NCBI GenBank assembly: GCA_013387205.1
Contig: WARV01000010.1
Location: 765 to 64,764 of the forward strand
DNA: 64,000 nucleotides
From: Patescibacteria group bacterium
Lineage (GTDB): Bacteria; Patescibacteriota; Doudnabacteria; UBA920
Reading direction: 5' to 3'
How positions within the stretch are numbered: position 1 is the first letter of the stretch; each line of letters begins with the position of its first letter. Under the pieces are notes generated by a model that saw only the letters and a program-made list of their open reading frames with translations, did not search any database and was not told the DNA's origin. The translations under genes were made by a program, and so were the position numbers. This document shows, one piece after another, positions 1 to 9,234 of the stretch.

Positions 1-1026
1 CACGCCCATCCCTTCTTCGAAACTCTGCGTGGCGAACTGGATGCAGAGAAAATCGTTGGTAAACCTAATCGCGTCCCTGGCAGTTTCATCCAAGTCGCGA
101 TAAGCCGACTCGGCTTCAGTGTCAGTGACAAGCGGGGCAGTCTGAACGCCCGCAACTTTGCAATAACGCTGCGGGTAGCCGATGTCGTACATCACTTCCA
201 CATACCGCGTCAGGTTGATGTCGCCGGACGGCAGGTCTGTGAACTGCATGGGGCGTTTCTTCCAGTCGGGCTGCATGCTGCGAAGCGGCAGGCCCGGACG
301 GATTCTGTGGTTTTTGACGTGGCAGCCATACACGTAATCGCCAACCTTGCGGAACCGCGTCTCCCAGTCCTCGCCTTCCCAGCAGTGGCTGGGATCGGCA
401 TTGACTACCACACAGTCATCTCCGTCGCAGATGTCCACCAGCATGAGGAAATCATCCGCGCATGCCGCTGCTGTCCCGGGATGAATTTCGTGCGCCAAAT
501 AGATGCCACGACTGCTAGCTTCTTCACGCAAGCGCCGGGTCTTATAAACGAACCGTTCCCGGCCTTCTTTGACCAGGTCATAGTCCGCTCCCGAGTAGAA
601 CCCCCACGGATAGCCGGTGGCCAGTTCCCAGCCGAAATACACACCCCAGAACATGGGCATGATCCTTACGTCCAATTCACCGGCAAGGTCGAACAGGCGC
701 AAGATGTAATCCTCGGCCCATTCTTCGATGCCCTTCGAGGACATCTGGGCGACTGAGGCCGGCAGGAACGGACGGATGGTTTTGCTACCGGTCCAGGCCG
801 TGCCATGAATCCAGAACGGGCAATGAGCAGAGATTCCGTCGAGCCGCAACTCGTTATTATCCAAAATGCTGCGGATTTCCGAAACCGGCAAAAAGCCGCC
901 CCTGCCGTCTTCGAGCATGAAATTCGACGGTTGAATCCCCATTGCGCTGGCATCTGCGGCAAATTCCGCAAACCCTTTAAGTCCTTTTGGACCGTGCTGG
1001 GCACCCTCGATACTTGAATGATACAT
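1..1026 (-). CDS. xylose-isomerase-like TIM-barrel (sugar phosphate isomerase/epimerase) family protein; 3' end beyond window edge
   Basis: Hand translation of the minus strand from ATG at 1026 runs 342 codons to position 1 without a stop. It is absent from the ORF track because no stop lies inside the window. Plus-strand ORFs 307..756 and 805..1017 and minus ORFs 210..401, 405..644 and 666..1004 are other-frame shadows. Motifs LAHEIHPG and CHVKNH resemble the E-x-H-P and H-x-K-D/N signatures of this fold. GC is clearly higher than in the neighbours. Confidence 0.5.
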   Translation of the reverse strand, partial: MYHSSIEGAQHGPKGLKGFAEFAADASAMGIQPSNFMLEDGRGGFLPVSEIRSILDNNELRLDGISAHCPFWIHGTAWTGSKTIRPFLPASVAQMSSKGIEEWAEDYILRLFDLAGELDVRIMPMFWGVYFGWELATGYPWGFYSGADYDLVKEGRERFVYKTRRLREEASSRGIYLAHEIHPGTAAACADDFLMLVDICDGDDCVVVNADPSHCWEGEDWETRFRKVGDYVYGCHVKNHRIRPGLPLRSMQPDWKKRPMQFTDLPSGDINLTRYVEVMYDIGYPQRYCKVAGVQTAPLVTDTEAESAYRDLDETARDAIRFTNDFLCIQFATQSFEEGMGV

Positions 1027-1252
1027 TACAATCCTCCAACAAAATAGTCAACAAAAAAAGGGTTTTCACCCTAGTTTGTTGCCGAAGCAATGTTACAATT
1101 TTTTGGCTTATTTGTCAAGACTATTAAAGATTTTACGAAGTACTAATTTATGCGAACTTACGAATACCATCAAAACTGCTTATTTAATACAACTATTATA
1201 TATCTTCGTAAGTTCGTATCCGCCAGTTGGCGGAGTTCGTACTGGTAAAGAA

Positions 1253-2053
1253 TTAATTAAAAAGGTGTTTACTCTTCGACAATTCTTTAATGACCTGATA
1301 GGCTTCCTGGGCGTTATCTACCAAATGGAAAATTTCCATGTCTTCCTTGTTAATAGCCCCATTCTTTTCGCAAATTGTTTCTTTAATCCAATTGACGAGC
1401 GGCGACCAGAATTCACGGTTGACCAGAATTACCGGCACCGGGTCTATCTTTTTGGTCTGGATTAAGGTGACCATTTCGAAAAATTCATCCAAAGTGCCAA
1501 AACCGCCAGGGAAGAAAATATAAACTTGTGAGGCGAATTCCAGCATGACTTTTCTGGTAAAGAAGAAATCAAAACTTTCCGATTCTTTGACATACTGGTT
1601 GGTGCGCTGCTCAAAAGGCAATTTGATGTTAATACCAACAGAGCGCCCGCCTGCTTCAAAAGCTCCCTTGTTAGCCGCTTCCATAATCCCGGGACCCCCG
1701 CCGCTAATCACCACAAAGCCGGCCTTGGACAGCTTGAACGCCAAATCGCGCGCCTCTTCGTACACGCCGTTCTGCAAATTTACCCGCGCGCTTCCCATAA
1801 TGCTTACGGCTTTCTTGTATTTTTTCAAAAATTCAAACCCGGTAATGAACTCGGACATTATCCTAAAAATCGTCCAGGGCGAAACTTCCCTGTTGCGGCC
1901 TTCAAACAGCTTTACCAGTTCTGACGTCGGGACGCAGACTTCCTTTCCTTTGGACACAAAACATATAGTGTCGTTTTTAAACGGCATCTTTAAATGCGGA
2001 AACGGCCCGCTGGTTTTAACAGTTTTTTTTGATATTGCTTGATTATTTGCCAT
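1253..2053 (-). CDS. LOG family protein (TIGR00730; cytokinin riboside 5'-monophosphate phosphoribohydrolase-like)
   Basis: Motifs GGGPGIMEA and PGGFGTLDE are diagnostic of the LOG/lysine-decarboxylase-like family. Confidence 0.85.
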   Translation of the reverse strand: MANNQAISKKTVKTSGPFPHLKMPFKNDTICFVSKGKEVCVPTSELVKLFEGRNREVSPWTIFRIMSEFITGFEFLKKYKKAVSIMGSARVNLQNGVYEEARDLAFKLSKAGFVVISGGGPGIMEAANKGAFEAGGRSVGINIKLPFEQRTNQYVKESESFDFFFTRKVMLEFASQVYIFFPGGFGTLDEFFEMVTLIQTKKIDPVPVILVNREFWSPLVNWIKETICEKNGAINKEDMEIFHLVDNAQEAYQVIKELSKSKHLFN

Positions 2054-2079
2054 GTTGTTATATTTTAATTTCTTAAAGA

Positions 2080-2985
2080 TTATTTTTGAGTAAATACCTG
2101 ATAGAAGTGTAAATAATTTTGGCCAATTTGGGAAGCGGCTGTTTCCCTGTCTAGCTTTTTATCCCTAAAATCAGCCAAAACATCCCAAAAGATAGTTCGG
2201 CCAATAGCAAAGCCAACCACGCCTACTACTTGTTTGCCCGCGTTAAGCCATCTTTCTACATGCTCATTGCTTTCCCCTCTTCCTAAGACCACGACAGATA
2301 CATTTTCGCGGCCATCAGACTTGGCCTGAATCACTACTGCTTGATAATCATCCGATTTTTCCATGCCTTCAATTTTCCAAATATCAGGTTCGACTCCGGC
2401 ATCCTGCAGTTGCCTTATCATTTCAACGGTTAAATTCGGCCTTACTTCCAAATCGAACCTCTGTTTGTCGTCTGCCACGCCTGCCAATTGCAGAGCTGTC
2501 GGCAAAATCAGCGGCTCGATTAAAAATTTATGGCCATTTTTGTGGGAATAATCGCTTAGCTGTTTTAATTTTTCCGCCTGCCTTTTGTTGAGCTGTTCGT
2601 CGCCTTGCGGGTTATATCTTACCAATGCTTTGGTAAAAGCAGGTTTGTATTTTTCAATGTGTTTTCCAAAATCCATGCCATACTGAAAATCAAATTCTTC
2701 CGCCCCGCTGGTTTCCGAAGTCAAAATGGTCAAAAAACCGTTTTCCTTGGCATCCTTTAAGACCTTATCACCGAATTCTTCCTCAACGAGCAAACCGGCT
2801 CCGTCTTTAGGCACACCCATCTCCACGCCTTTTTTAAATCCTTCATAAATTAAAAACTTATAATCACTGATGGTTTGCTTCTGCTCTTCGCTAAGTTTCC
2901 CTTCCCACCCGAACATCTTTTTTATAAAAGACGCGCGGTGGTCAAATGCTAAAATATACAAAGGTTTTTTATATCCGATATCCAT
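2080..2985 (-). CDS. class I aldolase-like protein (DUF2090 / LacD tagatose-bisphosphate aldolase-like)
   Basis: 301 aa; the N-terminal LYILAFDHR motif resembles DUF2090/LacD-type aldolases. Assignment from memory only. Confidence 0.4.
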   Translation of the reverse strand: MDIGYKKPLYILAFDHRASFIKKMFGWEGKLSEEQKQTISDYKFLIYEGFKKGVEMGVPKDGAGLLVEEEFGDKVLKDAKENGFLTILTSETSGAEEFDFQYGMDFGKHIEKYKPAFTKALVRYNPQGDEQLNKRQAEKLKQLSDYSHKNGHKFLIEPLILPTALQLAGVADDKQRFDLEVRPNLTVEMIRQLQDAGVEPDIWKIEGMEKSDDYQAVVIQAKSDGRENVSVVVLGRGESNEHVERWLNAGKQVVGVVGFAIGRTIFWDVLADFRDKKLDRETAASQIGQNYLHFYQVFTQK

Positions 2986-2992
2986 ATATTTA

Positions 2993-5065
2993 CTAAATAT
3001 TTTCTTTTACTATTTTTATAATTGCATTCTTGTCTATTTCTTCGTAAGCCAAAAGCTCGTCTGGCTTGCCGCTCTTGGGTTCTTTTTTTACGGCAAGGGA
3101 TACCACTTTTACCTCTTCTCCTGGCAAGGAGAAGGTGCCGAAGGCGGATGAGGTCGAATCATTACTGCTAGTTCGACCTCTCTGTCCCTGCGGGACATCT
3201 CCCCTCGCCAGGGGAGAAGGAACACAAAGAGCGGAAAGCACCGCCTCGCCGAGCCCGCCTTCTAAGTGATGGTCTTCAACTGTAATTATTGCTTTGGTTT
3301 CCAGCGCGGCTTTTTTAATTGTTTCTATATCAATTGGCTTAATGCTGTATAGATCTATCACGCGGATGTTAATATTTTCTTTTTGCAGTTCCTCGTAAGC
3401 AGACAGCGCTTCATGCAAAGTTATGCCGGCACCAATTACCGTGATTTGATCAGTATCCGATGATCTTAGAGTACATGCCCCCCCGATCCTAAATTCATGA
3501 TGAATTAATTTTTGTTCATTTTTGTCATTTTCGTCGTTTTCGTCGTTTTTGTCATTTGTGTACAATATTTTCGTTTCTTTTCTGGTTGTCCTAATATATA
3601 CCAAGCCGTCGTGCCCTGCTGCGGCTGCCACTAATTTTTCGGTTGAAACGGCATCAGAAGGATACAACACAACCGATCCGATTAGCGAACGGAACATGGC
3701 AATATCTTCAAGGCCCATTTGGCTTACCCCATCTTCGCCAATAGACACTCCTGCGTGAGAGCCGCAAACTTTGATATTGCTATGGGCATACTGGCTCATG
3801 CGAACCTGGTCGTAAGCACGGGACAAAAACGCGGCAAAAGTGGACACGAACGGGATTTTGCCGCGGCGGGCAAAACCCATAGCGGCTCCAACCATATTTT
3901 GCTCGGCAATATACATTTCAAAAAACCTGTCCGGCGCGACTTTCTTAAAAGCATCGGAATAAGTTGAATTGGAAACTTCGGCATCAAGCACCACCATATT
4001 CGGATAAGCATCCGCTAAATTTGCCAAAGCATTGCCATAAGCTTTTCTTGTCGCTGTCGGCTTTTCGTAATTTGAAAAATTAATATCACCTGCTGCAATT
4101 CTCCCCTCCTGTAAAGGAGGGGTGGCTGCGTTAGCAGACGGGGTGGTAGATAATTGTTCTGGAATTGCCACCTGACCAACAATATTTTTATCAACATCCC
4201 CTAATTCTTGCAACGCGCGATTTAAATCCTCGGCCGACAACGGCTTTCCATGCCATCCGTCCTTGTCTTCCAAAAACGACACACCTTTGCCTTTTACAGT
4301 TTTTGCGATTATCATTGTAGGACGACCGTCCTGTAGCGGGCGGATAGTATCCGCCCCTACAGCCATTTCCAAAGCCTTATTTATCTGCTCAAAATCATGC
4401 CCGTCAATAACCATGGTTTTCCAGCCAAAAGACTCAACCCGCTTTTGGTAGGTGTCTGTGTCCCAACCAAGCATGGTTTCCCCTCTCTGGCCCAAACGAT
4501 TGCAATCCAAAATTCCTATCAAATTATTCAGATGGTAATGCGAAGCAGCCTGCAAAGCTTCCCACACGCTGCCTTCGGCCATTTCACTGTCGCCAAGCAT
4601 GACGTAAGTTTTATATGATAATTTATCAAGTTTGGCATTAAGCGCCATGCCAAGCCCGACCGATAAACCTTGGCCTAAAGATCCTGTAGGCACTTCGGTA
4701 TACGGAAAAGCCAAAGTCGGATGCCCCTCCAAACGCGAACCAAACTTTCGCAGTGTCATCAGTTCTTCTGGATTGATTGCGCTCTGTAGCGGGCGGATAC
4801 TATCCGCCCCTACACCTGCTGTTTTTCCTGCTACCGCATATAGTGAATACAAAACAGGCGCTGCATGCCCTTTGGACAGAATAAACCGGTCGTTATTTGC
4901 ATACTCGGGATTATCTAAATCTGCCTTGAAAAATCCATTAAAGAATAAAGCGGTCAATAAATCTGCCGCTGACATAGCCGAAGTCGGATGCCCGCTGCCT
5001 GCTTTCGTGGTAGAAGTTAAAGAATAGTAACGGATTAGCTTGGCTAATTTTTGCAAGTCTTGCAT
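2993..5065 (-). CDS. tkt: transketolase
   Basis: N-terminal SGHPTSAMSAADL and GHAAP thiamine-diphosphate motifs; pyrimidine-binding and C-terminal domains present. Carries several in-frame inserts (see findings). Confidence 0.9.
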   Translation of the reverse strand: MQDLQKLAKLIRYYSLTSTTKAGSGHPTSAMSAADLLTALFFNGFFKADLDNPEYANNDRFILSKGHAAPVLYSLYAVAGKTAGVGADSIRPLQSAINPEELMTLRKFGSRLEGHPTLAFPYTEVPTGSLGQGLSVGLGMALNAKLDKLSYKTYVMLGDSEMAEGSVWEALQAASHYHLNNLIGILDCNRLGQRGETMLGWDTDTYQKRVESFGWKTMVIDGHDFEQINKALEMAVGADTIRPLQDGRPTMIIAKTVKGKGVSFLEDKDGWHGKPLSAEDLNRALQELGDVDKNIVGQVAIPEQLSTTPSANAATPPLQEGRIAAGDINFSNYEKPTATRKAYGNALANLADAYPNMVVLDAEVSNSTYSDAFKKVAPDRFFEMYIAEQNMVGAAMGFARRGKIPFVSTFAAFLSRAYDQVRMSQYAHSNIKVCGSHAGVSIGEDGVSQMGLEDIAMFRSLIGSVVLYPSDAVSTEKLVAAAAGHDGLVYIRTTRKETKILYTNDKNDENDENDKNEQKLIHHEFRIGGACTLRSSDTDQITVIGAGITLHEALSAYEELQKENINIRVIDLYSIKPIDIETIKKAALETKAIITVEDHHLEGGLGEAVLSALCVPSPLARGDVPQGQRGRTSSNDSTSSAFGTFSLPGEEVKVVSLAVKKEPKSGKPDELLAYEEIDKNAIIKIVKENI
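4331..4362. repeat. 32 bp GC-rich palindromic mini-element inserted in frame in tkt (copy 1)
   Basis: Sequence ctgtagcgggcggatagtatccgcccctacag; encodes VGADTIRPLQDGR within transketolase. Confidence 0.7.
4784..4814. repeat. 32 bp GC-rich palindromic mini-element inserted in frame in tkt (copy 2)
   Basis: Sequence ctgtagcgggcggatactatccgcccctaca, nearly identical to copy 1 and in the same orientation; encodes GVGADSIRPLQSA. Confidence 0.7.
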
Positions 5066-5134
5066 AATGGAATTCTTAAATTTATTACTTTAATATTATA
5101 CCATCCAACCTAAGTTTCTACGAACTAACACCTC

Positions 5135-5255
5135 TACCATACTTCTACTAAATACTAAAAGGTACTAAATATACTAAATCACATCAAATATACTTAATTG
5201 ATATCACTGCTAGTATATAGCTTTAGTATATTTAGTATTATTTCGTATTTAGTAG
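5135..5255. repeat. family A intergenic palindromic element (termini ctactaaatactaa / ttagtatttagtag)
   Basis: About 120 bp AT-rich element with perfect 14 bp terminal inverted repeats and internal complementary arms; fills the tkt/upstream-gene intergenic gap. Copies also at 18374, 18789, 19758, 32183 and 63707. Confidence 0.7.
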
Positions 5256-5260
5256 AGCTT

Positions 5261-6931
5261 TTAGTATCCGTTAATCCCAAACATGGATTTGGGCAATTCG
5301 AATTTGGAGATAATCCCCTGGTTTTGCTGGTTTCTTTTTAAAAAGACAATATTATAGCCATCCACGAACACCGGCGCCCATAACGGGTCATGAACCCGGC
5401 TGATTAGAAAGCTCTGCGCCCAAGGGGTAAAATCGCGGTGGGAAAAAATTATGACATTAAAATTTTCTTGTCTTTCCAGTTCCTGCCAGGCCTGCGCGTT
5501 ATCCTGGGCCGGGATATAGATTTTCTGCAAAAAATCCACGGAATAAGCTTCCGGGCGGTTATCAACGAAAACTTTTTCTTTGGGGAATAAATGGAAGATT
5601 AAATAACCGCCAATATCGTAGTCGTTAAAAATAGGGCCTTGAATATTATTTTGTTTGATAAATTCAGCCGAAGCATTCACGTAAGGCATTAAGCCAATTC
5701 CCATAGCCGAAGTCTTCTCGGAAAATTTCAGATAGTCGCGGTAGCCGCTGCCTAAAATAATAAGCAGGCAGATTGCAATAAAATACGCGTGACGAATATC
5801 AAGGGGTATCCTTGATCTGATCAAGGATGCCCCTTGATACAACGCATTGATGTTGTAGGCTAGAATAGGGATAATGAATAACCCGAAAAACGGAAAATTA
5901 CGGATGCCGAACACTGCCATCACCGAAACAATAAAAAAAATGGCAAACAGCGGCCAGGAAAATTTTTTCCTTTGGAAAAATATCACCAAAATAAAACTTA
6001 TAACCCCTATTGCCAGCACTGCTTTGAACAAAGAAAAATTCAACCCGGCCGTGTGGTTAAGCCTTTCCAAAAACCGGACGGACTGGTTTTCAACGACCAA
6101 GTAACCGTAGTTGTTAAAAATCTGCAAAGGATAGAGCGCGCCTTTAATGAAGTTAGGATTAACTAGCGCGGCTAAACCAGAGACTATACCAGTCAGCAAT
6201 AAATTCTTATCAAAAATTTCGTAAAAATCGCGGCCGCGATTTTTACGAAATCGGTTGTCTACCAGAGACCTTGTGGCACTGCTTACAAAAAACACAAAAA
6301 TCAGCAGCAAGCCCATAAAAAACCCGATGTGTAAGTTTACCCAAATAAGCATTAATACTGGCAATAAATACAACCATCGTTTTTTAGTTTTATCCGCGTT
6401 TATATCCGCGGCTGCAGTATCAGATCCGCGTGCAATCTGCGGATTATAATACACCCACAGCACAAAGAAAAATATCCCGGTAAAAAGATAGGTAAACATT
6501 TCCGGGCGCACTTCCGCGCGCGTGGCAAACAATGGCATAACCAAAACACTTGCAGCAATAGCTAAAAGCCAGCCGCCCATCTTTTTTGCCAGGAAAAAAT
6601 ACACGGCAAAAGTACTTATGCCGAGCAGGATGTAAAATGCTGACAGGCCGGAAAATCCCAAAATTTTCCATACCAGGAAAAACACCACCCCGCTCCCCCA
6701 GTGGTGGTTGATAAACGAAAAGCCAGGCTCAGTGTAGGAATAAAAATTTGTCTTAAAGATATTTTGAGAAAAACCGGAAAGTATAATTTCCCCATTCTTG
6801 ATATGCCTGCCCAAATCCGCGGTAGTCAAATCTATCTTCTGGGCAAAATAAAGCCCGCACCAAGACAATAGGATGATGACGCCTAAGATTTTAAGGATAT
6901 TTGATATTATTTTGGTTTTACTATTAGCCAT
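5261..6931 (-). CDS. polytopic membrane protein, glycosyltransferase family 39 / PMT_2 (ArnT-like) candidate
   Basis: 556 aa with many predicted TM helices N-terminally and a soluble C-terminal region. Carries an in-frame 42 bp nested palindrome at 5798..5839. Confidence 0.4.
   Translation of the reverse strand: MANSKTKIISNILKILGVIILLSWCGLYFAQKIDLTTADLGRHIKNGEIILSGFSQNIFKTNFYSYTEPGFSFINHHWGSGVVFFLVWKILGFSGLSAFYILLGISTFAVYFFLAKKMGGWLLAIAASVLVMPLFATRAEVRPEMFTYLFTGIFFFVLWVYYNPQIARGSDTAAADINADKTKKRWLYLLPVLMLIWVNLHIGFFMGLLLIFVFFVSSATRSLVDNRFRKNRGRDFYEIFDKNLLLTGIVSGLAALVNPNFIKGALYPLQIFNNYGYLVVENQSVRFLERLNHTAGLNFSLFKAVLAIGVISFILVIFFQRKKFSWPLFAIFFIVSVMAVFGIRNFPFFGLFIIPILAYNINALYQGASLIRSRIPLDIRHAYFIAICLLIILGSGYRDYLKFSEKTSAMGIGLMPYVNASAEFIKQNNIQGPIFNDYDIGGYLIFHLFPKEKVFVDNRPEAYSVDFLQKIYIPAQDNAQAWQELERQENFNVIIFSHRDFTPWAQSFLISRVHDPLWAPVFVDGYNIVFLKRNQQNQGIISKFELPKSMFGINGY
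5798..5839. repeat. 42 bp nested palindrome inserted in frame in the membrane protein gene
   Basis: Sequence atcaaggggtatccttgatc t gatcaaggatgccccttgata; encodes QGASLIRSRIPLDI. Confidence 0.65.
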
Positions 6932-6940
6932 GCCTGCAAA

Positions 6941-7072
6941 TTTCTAATTGACCTAATTAACCTAATTATTCTAAATAAATCCCAAAACCTAATGCCTAAT
7001 TTAGAAATTGGGAATTGGTGCTTGTTTAGGTTAATTAGAAATTAGAATAATTAGAATAATTTTAAATCCGCC
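6941..7072. repeat. family B intergenic low-complexity hairpin element (ctaatta / taggtta / attagaa words; terminus aattgacctaatta)
   Basis: Built from permuted short words arranged as imperfect inverted halves. Related copies at 43774, 44392, 45900, 48691, 51018, 52668 and 62843. Confidence 0.6.
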
Positions 7073-7129
7073 ATGTCTTCATTGAACATAGTTTATTTTA
7101 CCAAAATATTTTAGTGATGACTAACTTGC

Positions 7130-8326
7130 TTATTTCTTCTTAATTAGCCTGCGTATCTCTTTAACCTTATCTATCTTTTCCCACGGTAATTTAAGGTCAT
7201 TCCTGCCAAAGTGGCCGTAAGCGGCGACTTGACGGTAAATGGGACGGCGCAGACTAAGATTTTTTATTATCATGCCCGGGCGCAAGTCAAAAACCTGCCT
7301 TGTTATGTCCACAATCTTGTCGTCGGAAAAACGGGATGTGCCAAAAGTATCCACACGAACGGATAAAGGCTCAGGCACGCCAATGGCATAAGCAATCTGT
7401 ACTTCGATTTTTTTGGCCAGTCCCGCGGCCACCAAATTCTTTGCCACATAACGGGCCATGTAGCTGCCGCTGCGGTCCACTTTGGACGGATCTTTACCGG
7501 AAAAACATCCGCCACCATGGCGACCTGCCCCGCCATAAGTATCGACAATAATCTTGCGGCCAGTTAAGCCGGTATCACCCTGCGGCCCGCCAATCACGAA
7601 CCTGCCGGTAGAGTTTACCAGAATGCGGGTTTTCTTATCGAGCAATTTTTTTGGAATTACGTATTTAATTACGTGTTTGAAAATTTCATCTTTCAATTTG
7701 GAAGAATCGACTTCCGGATCATGCTGCGCGGCAATTAAAACCGTATGTACCCTTTTGGGCTTATCTCCGTTATATTCCACTGTCACCTGCGATTTGCCGT
7801 CAGGCCTTAAGCCTTTAACAATTCCTTTTTTGCGAACCGCTGCCAAACGCTGGGTCAGTTTATGCGCTAAGACGATAGGCAGAGGCATTAATTCTTTGGT
7901 TTCGTCGGTAGCCAAACCGAACATTAATCCCTGGTCGCCCGCGCCCAAATTTTCCAAATCTTCTTTGACTATTTCCCCGCCCCTGCCTTTAACAAAGCTG
8001 TCCACTCCCATGGCAATATCGCCGGACTGCTCTTTAATGGCCACAACCACACCCGAGGTTTCCCACTGGAAGCCGTATTTTGCGTCAGTATAACCGATAC
8101 CCTTAATCACGCTGCGCGCGATTTTCGGGATATCGACATAAGTTTTAGTAGTCACTTCCCCTGCCACCATACAAACGCCGTTAGTGACCAGCGTTTCCAC
8201 TGCCACGCGCCCGCGGGGGTCGTTTTTTAAAATCTCATCCAAAATAGCGTCTGAAATTTGGTCGCACATCTTGTCCGGATGGCCTTCGGTTACGGATTCC
8301 GAAGTGAACAATTTTAGGTTTGGCAT
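7130..8326 (-). CDS. metK: S-adenosylmethionine synthetase
   Basis: [22 protein letters not shown] and [16 protein letters not shown] motifs. Confidence 0.95.
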   Translation of the reverse strand: MPNLKLFTSESVTEGHPDKMCDQISDAILDEILKNDPRGRVAVETLVTNGVCMVAGEVTTKTYVDIPKIARSVIKGIGYTDAKYGFQWETSGVVVAIKEQSGDIAMGVDSFVKGRGGEIVKEDLENLGAGDQGLMFGLATDETKELMPLPIVLAHKLTQRLAAVRKKGIVKGLRPDGKSQVTVEYNGDKPKRVHTVLIAAQHDPEVDSSKLKDEIFKHVIKYVIPKKLLDKKTRILVNSTGRFVIGGPQGDTGLTGRKIIVDTYGGAGRHGGGCFSGKDPSKVDRSGSYMARYVAKNLVAAGLAKKIEVQIAYAIGVPEPLSVRVDTFGTSRFSDDKIVDITRQVFDLRPGMIIKNLSLRRPIYRQVAAYGHFGRNDLKLPWEKIDKVKEIRRLIKKK

Positions 8327-8443
8327 ATTTTTTCGTTTTGCTGACGCGCTAAAATTACGCGAGTCAACAAAAAAATTCCTTTCTTATCCCTAGCTTCTCC
8401 CTTATCCTCTCCCCAAGATATGGGGAGATCCCGACTTGTCGGG

Positions 8444-8536
8444 AGAGAGGTTGATGCTAAGTTAGCACCTTGCTTTGACTGGAAACATCTAAGTAGGTTG
8501 CCGCCTCGGGATGCAACCCGAGATCTCTTGATAATT
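8444..8536 (-). promoter_or_regulatory. SAM riboswitch (SAM-I clan) aptamer in the metK leader
   Basis: Minus-strand RNA reads UAUCAAGAGA...GGCAACC...AAGGUGCUAACUUAGCA, matching conserved SAM-I cores (AUCAAGAG, GCAACC, GGUGCUAA). P2 is a simple hairpin, suggesting a SAM-I/IV-type variant. An expression platform with hairpins follows at 8345..8443. Confidence 0.6.
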
Positions 8537-8600
8537 ATCAAATTTAATTGTTGCTTATAGATTACGCTAAAAAATAATGCACGTCAAGCAAAAGAAAGTG

Positions 8601-9146
8601 TTATCCAAAAATGCTAGCATGATGGCCAATTCCCAATCCGCGAATACCGGCACCGGCCGGGTCAATATCAATCCACCTCTCCCCAACCTTAACCTGCAAA
8701 TACTGATGAGGCACGAAATTTAAAAACACATGTTTTACTTTTATATCCTCTGTTTTAAAAAATTTGCTATTTGCTAAAAAGGTATAAATTACAAAATTGA
8801 TGGTTGAACAATAAGCAAAACCTTTTACATGCCAGATTTTTTCCAAATCGCTGCGGAATAATTTCGGCAATTGCAACGCTGCCTGGAACCTGCTGTGCTG
8901 CCATCTTTCGGAAACGGTTTTATAAACGGCATCCAAATACGCTTTCTGGTCTGGCGATTGCGCTTCCAGCTCGCTAATTTTTTCTTTCATTTCCTGCGGC
9001 AAACTCGTCGGCGGCTGGTATTGCCTAAAACCCATATAGGGCACCACCAGGCGCAACGCCACAAACACCAGCAAAAAATACGCGGCGACAATTGCCAAAA
9101 TCCAATAAAATGTTTCCATACAACAATTATACCATGAAAACCTCAA
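8601..9146 (-). CDS. hypothetical membrane-anchored protein (possible transglutaminase-like Cys/His/Asp fold)
   Basis: N-terminal TM helix. The true start is probably the second Met (METFYW, about 9119). Candidate catalytic C (YCST), H (KHVF) and D (DIDP) residues are ordered as in transglutaminase-like peptidases. Confidence 0.3.
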   Translation of the reverse strand: MRFSWYNCCMETFYWILAIVAAYFLLVFVALRLVVPYMGFRQYQPPTSLPQEMKEKISELEAQSPDQKAYLDAVYKTVSERWQHSRFQAALQLPKLFRSDLEKIWHVKGFAYCSTINFVIYTFLANSKFFKTEDIKVKHVFLNFVPHQYLQVKVGERWIDIDPAGAGIRGLGIGHHASIFG

Positions 9147-9234
9147 CCGTCGGTTGAGTTAATAATTTCTTAGGAAAAATGATAGAATTCTAAGTGACTA
9201 AATTCGCCATATTTTTTATATTGAACCAGTTAAT

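Noticed and set aside
307-1017. Plus-strand ORFs 307..756 and 805..1017, and short minus ORFs 210..1004, in the first kilobase
   Set aside because: They are other-frame shadows of one uninterrupted minus-strand gene (1..1026) that the track missed because its stop lies outside the window.
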